Origin: a virus
Taxonomy: Duplodnaviria; Caudoviricetes
Direction: 5' to 3' (one strand)
DNA: 55,845 bases
Virus record (IMG/VR): IMGVR_UViG_3300034066_001434
Span: 1-55,845 of that record
Made by a program: the position numbers and the translations under genes. Shown here piece after piece: positions 25,589 to 37,500 of this stretch. How positions within the stretch are numbered: position 1 is the first letter of the stretch; every line of letters starts with the position of its first letter. Below the pieces are notes generated by a model that saw only the letters and a program-made list of their open reading frames with translations, ran no database searches and was not told the origin of the DNA.

Positions 25589-28500
25589 ATGGCTCTAACT
25601 AGAATTACCTCTGGTGGCATTGCGGAAGGTGTAAGGATTACATTTGATAAAACTGGTACTCCTACAGCTCCTGCAATTTCGTTTAATAATACTAGTGATA
25701 CTGGAACTGGTATTTACCAGTCAGGAACAAATGAACTTGCAATTGCAACTGATGGTCAGCCAAGACTCATTTTCAAATCTGATGGAAGAATTGTAACTGG
25801 GTCTGGAACAATTCTAGGAGGAACTAATCCAGATTTCGTTAATGCTGATAACATTACATTATATGTAAACCAATCTGATTTAAATGCATCAGATGTGGAA
25901 GGTAATGATGGCGGTAATATCAATAGACCATTTAAAACAATTGAGAGAGCTTTACTTGAGGCAGCTAGAAAGAGTTATAAAGTAAATCCTGCTTCAATTC
26001 CAGTAAATCAAATCGAAATAAATAAATCCTATACTATTACTAGTATAGGAAGTACAGACTTTGTTGCACTAGGAGCAACAACAAATACTGTTGGAGTTAC
26101 TTTTACTGCAAACTCTCCTGGTACTGGTACTGGTACGGTAACTGCAAATAATGATAAGTTTGAGGCATTTACTATTATGGTTATGCCTGGTCAGTATGAA
26201 ATTGATAACAGACCTGGGCACGATGTTACTACAAACCCACTTACTTCAGGAACAGCTGGTTCTATAGAAGACAATGCATTTAGATTCAACCCAAGGAATG
26301 GCGGCGTAATTGTCCCTAGAGGTACTTCTATTGTAGGTTATGATCTTAGAAAGACTGTAATTCGTCCTAAGTATGTTCCTATTCCATCTACTACCACCAC
26401 AACAGAAGAAGGTAGTATTGTAAATGATGGATATGTACTATCTCATGTAATGTATGATGGTGCAACCATGATTGAAAGAAATCGTGGTTATATTCAAGAA
26501 CAAACTAAGTTATTTCTTCAGAACACTAATGTTGCTGGATATACTGGATTAAGTGAGGCTCAAAAAACTCTTTGTGTTCGTGATATTGGATATTTTATTG
26601 ATGGAATAATTTCTGACTTGAGGGAAGGAGGAAATGAAAATACATTTATTAACGCAGAATATTACATTGATGGTGCTGGTGGATATAAAAATAGATTCCT
26701 AAAATCTAACGATACAGATTTAACTGCTGAAGTCGCTGCTACAGTATCTGCATTTAATAGAGCCACTCTATTAATGAGATATACTGTAGAAAATGTTTGG
26801 AGTGGGTATACAGAATATACTACTGCCCAAGGTAAAACTATTGACAGAACTACATTTTCTGCAGGAAATGGTTATGTTTCTAATGGAGATTGCTCTACTG
26901 TATCCAATGCGATAATTGTATTAGGAGGAATTGCAACTGGAATTTTAAACAATCCTAATACTTATACCACATCAAATGTAACAATAACACTTGTTGGTGG
27001 GACTAGCTCTACAGTAAGATTGAGAAAAACTCCAGGAGTATTCAAACAAACCTCCATCTTCAAGGTAACTGGAGGTTGTTATTTCTGGCAGATGACATTT
27101 AAGGATGCAGTTGGCACTCCTTACAATTCTGCAACATTCAATTCTAATGGAGTTCCAACATTTACCACTGCACCTAATCCAAACTATTCTCACCATAGAG
27201 TTGTTGCATTTACTTATGCAGATCAAAGAACTGTAGACGGTGAATTAGATCAATATTATAAGAAAATTGATGCGTGGGATGCTACTTTTGATGCTGGTGG
27301 TTCTAGAGAAGTAAGACCAGAAGAGTATACTATTGTTGGAGATGGTAGTACCAACGCAACTATTGATACTGTAAACTCTTGCTCTCCATATATTTTCAAT
27401 TGTTCACTACGTTCTGTTTATGGTATGTGCGGTATGCATACCGATGGAAGTAAAGTGGCAGAAAAGAGCTTCAAGTCCATGGTTGTGGCTCAGTTTACTG
27501 GCATTTCTCTTCAAAGAGATACAAATGCGTTTAATCAACCAAAAGATGCAGAAGGTGATGCAAATAATTCAACCTATAATGACAATGATCCATTAACTGC
27601 AGCACCTCCAATCTATGCAGATCCAGATGCACAATATAAACCTGATTGGAGACACTTCCACATTAAGGCATCTAATGGAGGATTCATTCAGGTAGTTTCT
27701 GTTTTCGCAGTTGGTTACGCTGATCAATTCCTTGCAGAAAGTGGCGGTGATATGTCTATCACCAACTCAAACTCCAACTTTGGTCAGATCTCTCTACGTG
27801 CTAAAGGATCTCAATTTAATGCATTCAAGCCAGCATCACAGGGCAAGATTACTGCACTTATTCCGCCAAGAGGAATTAATACCAAACCTACTAGTGTATC
27901 TTTTTATAATATTGATTCTACTACAACTTGGGAAAAAGCTGGTCAAGCTGGAGATGAATTTAGCGCAAGTAAATTATCACAATATTCATCTGATGCAGAT
28001 CAGTTAAGATTATATCTTGAAGGGTCTTATTCTAGTGAAGCTGACATTCCAGAACTAGAAGTCAAAGTTCCAGATTATAGTCAATCTCCAGTAAATGGAG
28101 TTTATCCGACTATAACAAGGAGATATTTAACATACGGAACCACAAATCAATATGCGTTATTCAGAGATTACTATGCAACTTCTGGAACTACTGCAGAAGC
28201 AAGTAGATATATTAATGTAGAAGTTGAAGAACAAGATACTGAAGGTTCAATTGCATTCAGTGCAAAGGTTTATTTTGTTGGAAATTCAGGTGAAGTCGGT
28301 AGCCAAAGTAGTCAAACTGCGTGGCAATTAAGTAATTCTCAGCGTCAAGGATATTTTTATGATCCCAATAAAGGTGCAGTATATTTAAAATTAGATGGTG
28401 ATGATGCTAAAACTAAAACATTCTTATCTGACTTTATCTTTAAGTATAAAACAGAAGAAGTTTTTGGTTTTAGAGAAACAAGAGATCCAGAAACTGGAGC

Positions 28501-31500
28501 TACTGTTACCGAGTTTGTGAAACAGGATAAAGATGTTCTTGTTTACAGGGATGGATTTCCATCTGGTCTCACCATTAATAAAAATGAGGATTCCAGAGGA
28601 TCAACTCCAAGTGATTTACTATGGAGAGTAGAGTATACTATTCCAAAAGATTGTCCAGAAATTCCAAAACCACCTGAAAAGAGATTTATTCTCAAAGGAA
28701 TTAGACCAGGAAATGGTCTAGATGGAATGCCATATACTGATTACAGATTTATGATATGGGATGTTGAAGAATATCTTACTTGGGAGAGAAATGTTAGGGA
28801 TGGTGTATATTATTTAACCTTAATTCGTGCCGATATTAATAAATTTGTAGATGGAATAGATAATGCTGTAGATGTAGTAAGAAGAAGACCTACTGCAATC
28901 ACAAATACTAGTTTCTACGATTGTAAGTTTATAGAAGAGACGAATAATTATGATAAAGATACAAGACTAACAACCAACGTAAACTATCTATATCCTTCAA
29001 TTAACGAAGAAGGACCAACCTATGATACTAGAAGAACTTGGAACCCACCACAATCTGAAAGTCGTGTAATAGTTGAGGATATTGGAGCTGGAACAAGACT
29101 AAAAGATATATCAGTACCAAATTATATTAGATACAGAGCAGGTACAACTCCAATTAAAGATGTTCCTGCAATGTATTCTGTAACTGCAGAAACAGTTCAT
29201 AGATTAGTTCAAGCATTTGATCTTCGTTATACAGGAGCAACTTCAAAATCTAGTTCTAATATTGCTGTTGCTTCTGTAGTTTCTTGGGATGATAGAGCTT
29301 CAACTTCAACATATAGTACTTCATCTACTTTTAATGTATATGGAAATAATAATACAAATAGATTTGGTAAAGATAAATCAGTAGGCGTCACTACAAATGC
29401 TACCCAATCTATAGATTATAATGCATATGGTATTAATGGTGATGCTTTAGAAAGACGAATTGTGGTGTGTAGTGGATTATACACTGGTTCTGTAAGTGAT
29501 ACTACTGTAAACAACTATTCAATCTCTCAGGCAGTCTCACTATACAGACCATCTATTCTTCGTGCATCTTCACATACTTGGGAATATGTCGGTCTAGGTT
29601 CTGGTAACTATTCTACTGCATTCCCACAACTACAGACTAGGGTTCTTAAGCCATACGAGCAGTATATTGCACAGGGTTATGAAAACGCTGGTGGATTCGT
29701 AGCATCTTCGGGTACAAACTCCAACGGAGATTTCTATATTGGTACTCAGATTATTCAAGCTGGTGGTTCAAGTACAGTATCACTAAACGTACCAAAAGTT
29801 CGCAAATCTTCAGAATCTAATTTCGTAGATATTGAAAACATTGAAAACAGAATTGCAAACTCTGTTGTTAACGTTACTGCGTCTTCATCTGCTGGCGGTA
29901 AAGCTCAACAAGCTATTAAGGCTTTATCTAATTTCTTCAACGCAGAAAAACTTAGCGTAAGTAATATTGCAACAATTAGTAACCTAGTTGTTCAACAAAA
30001 ACTCTTCATTAATAATGCAAGTATTAATAACGCAGCATTTTACCCAGAAGGAACTACAAATGCATATGGATTTGTAAAAGCTGCAAAACCTGAAAAAACA
30101 GGATTTATTTCAACTGATACCAACGATAAACTATATGTTTCTCCAAAATATCTTGATGCATGGAGAGTAACCAGACAATTAGTTTCTGCATCTGCTGTTA
30201 CTCTTGATAACAATAGAGTTTATATACAACCATCTTCTTTTGCTCTTGCAGATAGTTATGATCCTACAACTTCACGTTATGAAGCTATTTCTTTAACTGA
30301 TATCGAAAGCAAAATTGCGAATAATCAAGAGATTAGACTATACTTAAAAGAAACTTCTGGACTACCTTCTTATGGAACTATTGACATTGAAATGTCATTA
30401 TTAAAGGTAGATATAATTGATTATAGAATGAATCTTTCATCGAAACAGTTTTTAAATCCAAAACTTAATTTATCTTTAGATTATAACGAAATTGATTATA
30501 CAGAAAATTATATTGTTCTCAATAAAATTCAAAACAATTTCCCAATCGTAGATTATATTAAGAGTTGCATTGGAACTTCTGGATATAATATTATTGTAAG
30601 AAGTATTTCGGGATTCTTGGATCAAGGTGAATTTGGAATTAATGCGAATGAAGGTGATATTAAACTACTCACTGCAAGACTATCTGCAAATGTTAATGCG
30701 GATAGTCTAGGATCTCCAAATATAGCTGATTCTTTAACTTATAAGAATATTAGTATCACTACTACAGCATCTGAGTGGGCAAAATGGCCTGATAGAGGAG
30801 CACTATCTTTAAGACAATATCCAAGAGGAACTTCTGCTTCAAATTATGCAATTTCTAGTTTTGTATATATTAAATCTACTACACAGGGAACATTTACTTT
30901 AATCAAAAAACTCGGTGACTCTAGAGGAGATTCAGGGTTTATTTATAGATCAGATTATGAAAATAATTATCCTGGAATTGATTCTAAGAATGTATTTTTT
31001 GCTGGATGTAGCACTGTAGTAACTTTCTCCGATAAGTGGGCTTCTGAAGGTCCATTTATCCCACCATTAGATCCAACTAAAGGTGCTGTTGAAGATGTAA
31101 ATATTGAAGAAGCAACTTTATTTGAACTTCCAAGAAAATCTATTCCAATTGCTGCTGATATTGATAAAGATTATATTGATTCAAACTTGCCAAATCCATT
31201 TAGTTCAAAAGCTCTAGGCGTAAATATTCAAACTAGAACTGCTGTTAAAAAATTTGCACCACTAGCATTCTTCAATCAAGTTCAGCAATGGTGTGATACC
31301 AGTGGATTCAATCCTTCGGATGAAATTGAATTATTGATGAAACCAGGATATTACAAGTTAGATAGGTCCATTTTCCCATGCAAAATTAAAATTAATGGTT
31401 CTGGACTTACTAAGAGTTCTGTATTTGCTGGAAAAGAGCAAACTGGAATATCTGCAGGAAGAATGGGAGGATATCTTGAGGATTCTATTAAGAGAGGTGA

Positions 31501-34500
31501 TAGTATTTACATGTATCGTTCTCCAGAGTTTTCAGATCAATGGGATAAAAGAGATGCAATTTATGTAAATATATCTGGGGGACTAACTTCTAAAGGTGGA
31601 TTTAATTTAAATAATGTTCACTTCTTAGGATTAAATGAAGCTGTATCTAAAAATGAAATTCCAGATGCTCTATATTCTGAGGATACAAAAATTCAATCTG
31701 CAAGAAGACTTTTAAGAAAAGCTTATTATACCAAAAACTTTATCAAAAAATATTTTGATACTCTTACTGCTGATGGCGTATCTGGAGCATTGTCATTTAC
31801 TGCTAATAGCACTATTGGCTCAGCAGATGAAAAAGCAGAAATTGAATTCACTGTAAATAGTGGTAACGTTATTAATTCTGATATTTCCAGTGTAGATTAT
31901 GGTGAATTAAATCCAGCTGTTTCTACAAATTCTCGTTACTTAGTTATAAGACTTAAAGCTTCTAATTTTGCAGGATCAGTATCTGCTAGACGTAAATTTG
32001 CATGGGCCAGAAAATATATTATTCCAGGATCAACAATGTATTGGTTGAACACTGGAGAGAAAGTATCCAATGTAAGTGAATCAACTAAAGTACTAAGTGT
32101 AAGAAGACTCAATTTATCCAATTCTGCGACATGGACATCTAGCTCAACTGAAGAGATTCATCTGCTAGTATCCGTTTTTAGGTCAGGGGGTGCTAACAAT
32201 GGCAATAGTGGAATCTACACAAATGACATTGAAGATTTAAATATTGGTACTTATTCAACTGGAGATAAGAAACTAGTATTCTTAAATGAAGATGGTGCAG
32301 AATTTACTACTCTTGTTTACAACTGGGCACTTAATCGCAGAAGAAACTTCCTACCAAAAGGATTTATGCATGAAGGTGGCTATCAGCCAGCCATTATAAA
32401 GAGAGTTACTGCTGCAGTAACTTTAGGAGCAGGAACTGCTGGAGTTACTATTGCCCTAGACAGTGTAGACTTACTCAAAGTTGGAGATAGAATCGTAGGT
32501 GCTGGAATTCAACCTGGAACAAGAATTGAATCTATTTCTAGTGGAACTAAGACTATTGTAACTTCTGATAATATTAGTGCATCTCTTGCAGTCAAAACTC
32601 CACTATCATTTACACAATTTGATGATTTTGGTGATGAAATACCAAAATATGATATTCCAGAAGTTTTTGGGATTACCAGATCAACAGATGATACATATAT
32701 CTCAATAGTCATTGATAGAAATCCAAATGCATCTATTGATAGTTCAATTAATATGTATCCTTTTGGTGCAGGAAGTTTTGCAGATTATGAAAATGCTTTA
32801 CTTCAATTTAAAACTTCCCACACATCAGTAACAACAGAATATAGTGCTGCAGAAGATTGTGCCGTTGCAATTCCAAGAGCTAGATCTTACTCCAAGAGGG
32901 TAAGTGGATATCAGGATCAAAGATTTGTTATTTTAGATATCAATCCAAATAGTATTGCAGATTTATCTTCTATAAATCCATCAAATCCTGTTAATTCATC
33001 CCCAGCTAGATATATAGATAATGCTGGAATTTCTGTTGATATTCTTAGAGATTTTGCTCTATATAATAGAAACACAATTTCTTTTGGTGGTGGATTTGGA
33101 ACTGGATTTACTTCAAGTACTGTTGCATTTACATCCGCTGATGACACTACCGCAGAAATCAAGGCTAAACTGGATGCTGCTATTACAAATGGTGGACGTA
33201 AATATAATGCATTAGCACAAGTAACTTTAACTGCTCAATCTGGTGCTACTTTAGGATCTGGATTTAGAATATCTCCTATCATTAATACCGCTGGTGGGGC
33301 TGGAAATGTTACAGGATTTACTGTAAGTCCAATCTCTGGCCAATCTATTGTTGCACCAACTGGAAACTTTACAATTACTATTACAGATAGAAAGGGATAC
33401 ATTTTATCTCCAACTGGAAGAACTGTTGATATTAACAGTACAAGATTAGATGGTGAAGATTTTACTGCGGTAGCAAAGGCAAACCTATTTGCTTCAATTA
33501 GAGTTTCTGGAAATGGATCTGTAACTTTAGGATCTCCATATGTAGAAGATTATGGCCTAGATTCAAATGGCGACATTGATACAATCAATGCTAGAGGTAA
33601 AAAGATTTATTGTTCTTGGCCAAGTTCTTATAGAGCACTCAGAAGAAGATTCCCATCAGCACCAGGAACTAATATTAGTGCAGTAAATGGAAATTATCAA
33701 AGCAGTCTAATTAATGTAGATGCAATTCCAGGATCAAATTTCACTCTAAATCTAACAAATGTGACTATTGGTGCTCAATCCCCTGCAAGTGAATCTGCCA
33801 ATACATTTGGTGGCGGTTATCGTGGAGGTCTTATCAGATGTAGGGGTTCCAAACTAACACTTGCGGGAACTAGATTTAGAGGAAATCTATCTCTAGACTG
33901 GACTGGACTATTGTGTGAAAGGGACTCTAGGGCAGGTGGATTATTCATTGCGGGACACTCTATTGAAATGTTCCAAATGGAAGATCAAAATTCCTTTGAT
34001 AGAATTGGAGGATCTTCACCTGCTCAACGTATTACTACATCTAAAGAAGATGAAGAATTCTACAAGATTACAGAATTTGATCCACTTTCTAATGTATATC
34101 TAGAACCTGCAAAAGATCCATATGGCCAATTAAGTGATGGAGATCCTAGAACTTTTGAAATTTCAACATTCCAAGCTATTAGAAGACAAAATTTAGGATC
34201 TAGAGTTTTAACTGCATTTGATGGTAGTTCAGTTCAACCAGGAGAATTGCAAACTAAGATATCTCTATTTGAAAGATATCAATCTCCATATGGAATATAT
34301 TATGATAATACTACAACCACAGATCCAGATTTAATAACTGAAGATACTAATGGAAATCAATATCTAGCACTTTCTGGTGGAACAAGAGCCACTGCAGTTA
34401 GATTAAGATGGAATAATACTACTACCACAATACAAAGAAACGCTGTAACTGACAATACTACTGTAACCTCTGGAACACTAGCAAATCTTCCAGGTAGAAC

Positions 34501-37500
34501 ATTAACATTCCTATACCCTGATACTGAAAGTGGCCAAGATTTGATCAATAACATTTTCTTTGGTGCCAATGCTACTAGAATTGTTAAACCAACAAATATT
34601 CAAACTACTTATGCAACGGTAACTAGGTTACAAACTTATGCAGAAACTAAATTTACTAAAGATGGAGTTCCATCTTCCACAGGAAAATATAGAATTGCAG
34701 TTATTACCTATTCTGGAACTATTCCAGCTGAAGTAACTGCAGCAAATGGATCATTTATACAATTTAATACCAAGTATCTAAATTCTCAAAGATATAATTA
34801 CATTTCAACTATAACATCTAGATATCAAAAAACTGTTCTAAATGGTGCTTCTAAATTAATTCTTTCCAATGACGGTGGAGTTCCTACATATGCAAGTCAT
34901 GCAGATCTTGATATTGAAGATGATGTGATGACTCCACAGCTTTCAAGATCAACTATATTAACTCTAAAAAATATCACTCAAACCACTGGAGTTACAGATG
35001 GTATGGTGAGAATGAGTACGAATTCTAGTGGAAGAATTACTTCCTTAGATATTATAACTTATGGCACTGGACACAAAGAAGGAGATAATTTTGCAATTTA
35101 TAATGGAGTTACATTATTATCATCTGGGTTGACTATTAAAGCGAGAAGAAATCTAAGTGATATTGATATATCAATATTAGACGAAGGAGAATACATGGCA
35201 ATTTTACCAAAAAATTGTTTTGTAGTTAATAGTATTAATCTACCATCTCCATCTTCCATAAAACAAAAATTAATTGAAGCTAGACTTATTTTCACTCCTG
35301 GAAGTTATATTTTCTACGCAAACAATTATTATAGAATTGGAAATACAGACTTAACCAATAAAAAACCTTATATTGGAGTTTATAAGTATGTTAACCCTAT
35401 AAATCTTTCAGATCAACGTGCTGATATTGTTGTAATGCTTGAAGATCCAGAATATGCCCCAACATATGCTGCAAATACAAGATTTGATTTATTTAAATAT
35501 GATAATATTTTAAATTACTGGCCAGATTCTGGAAGACTAGTGATTGGAAATCGTGAAACTTGTGAATTTACAAAAGTAGGAGATCCTACAACAAATACTG
35601 GTTATCAATTACAACTAACCAGAAGTATGACTAAGTATTGGCCACATTATATTCGTGACTGGGAAGGATTAGATCCCAATGATTCTACAGATGCTACTGT
35701 TACTTTTAATACACTAAATCCAACTGTTCTAAGACTTTCTGGGCCAGTAGATGTGACTTGTTATGGAATCAAGAGAATTCTACCATCTGATAATACTACT
35801 ACCCAAACATTTGACTCTCAAACTGTTGCAGAATATGTGTGTCCAAGCGGAATGGTTTCTAATAAGGTTGCAAGAGTATCTATTCCTGCAGAAAATTTAG
35901 ATGCAGATTTCCAAAAACTATCTATTGGACAAATTATTACAATTCCTTATAAAGATATTGCAGATACATATAATTGGTCTGGTTGTAGAATTACCGTTGG
36001 CGATGCACAATATAATGCAGGATCTTCAAATTCTACAAATAGAGCTGGAGATAGAGTAATTAGTGGAACTATTAGATCTACAACAACTTTTAACACAAGA
36101 AGTGATAGAACATTTAATATCTTTGGAACTTCTACTACAAATATTGCTCCATATGAGTTTATAAATCCAATGACAATGGGCAGAATGTCATCACCGAGAG
36201 GAGATACATTCTCAGTTGGACCTGCTGGATTTGGAAGCTACAATTATATGTGGACACCACTACATGAAACAGCACTTTCTGGTTCTACTAGTGTTAAAAT
36301 TTCAGCTGCATTTATTAGATCAATAAGAAGATTGAATACTGATGGCCAATATACTGCTACTATTGAATCAATTAATAGTACAACGGATCCAACAGAAAGA
36401 ATGATGACTGTAACTGCAGTTGCAAGTGGTGGATTATTCAAAGGTCAACCAATTAGAACTGGATCTCCTAGTGGACCTATAATTGGTTATGTTGTTGGAT
36501 TTGAGGGTGATTTTATTAATGATGCTGGAACTTATGAAGATAATATTACATTAACTGGAAATGGTAACACTGGAGTATATAGAATTCAAATTGTAGATGG
36601 ACAAACAATTCCTACAACATCTACAACATTCTATGGAACTAGATTAAGTGGTGGATTAGATTATCTAGTTTGGGCTAGAAATAATGGTGGTTGGAGCAGA
36701 ACAGTAACTTCTGTTACTGTAGATCCTGTAACAAAAATTGCAACAATTAATTTAAATGCTGGATTAGCTACTCCATCTGGAGGAACTACTGGGACTACTC
36801 CAAGTATTAACGCAGGAGACTGGGTTCTTTGGTATTTCTATGGAACTAGTGATAATAATATAAGACTATTACTAGACAAACCATTGATGAAGAATATTCC
36901 AGAAGGAACTGTATTATCTATTTGCCCAACTAATGATTTGCGTGACGGCACATTTGGAGAAGCTGGAATTAGAGCTACAAATGGATTTATATTTAAGTCT
37001 AGAATTATTGATATTGAGAAATCTACCAATAAACTTAATTTATATCTAGCTGATGATTTTCCACAAGAAAAATGGTCAAATTCTGTTTCAAGAAGTTATG
37101 GATTACTTTATGTTAATCATGGTGGTTGGACTTATCCTAAGACTGGAGGTAGTTCATTCCGTGCAAACAATGCAGTACTAACTGCACCAGATGGTACTGG
37201 AATTGGAACTACTATCAAACTTCCAAATAGAAGTGGTAGAATTCAAGCTGGAGATACTTTATCATATACTTGGGAAGACGAGTTAGTTGTAGAATCTACT
37301 GCTCATGCAGGTGGAACTATTACTTCTTTAACAACTCAAAATTTTATTACCACTTTAAATGATCAAAGATATTATATTTTCCCTGGATATTTAATATATG
37401 ATTCTGGTAATAATTTGATTGGAACAGTTAGTTCCGTTGCAGCAGATAGAATTAATTTAACTGCAAATTGCTTAGTTGCTACAACAAGTCTAAGTGGTTG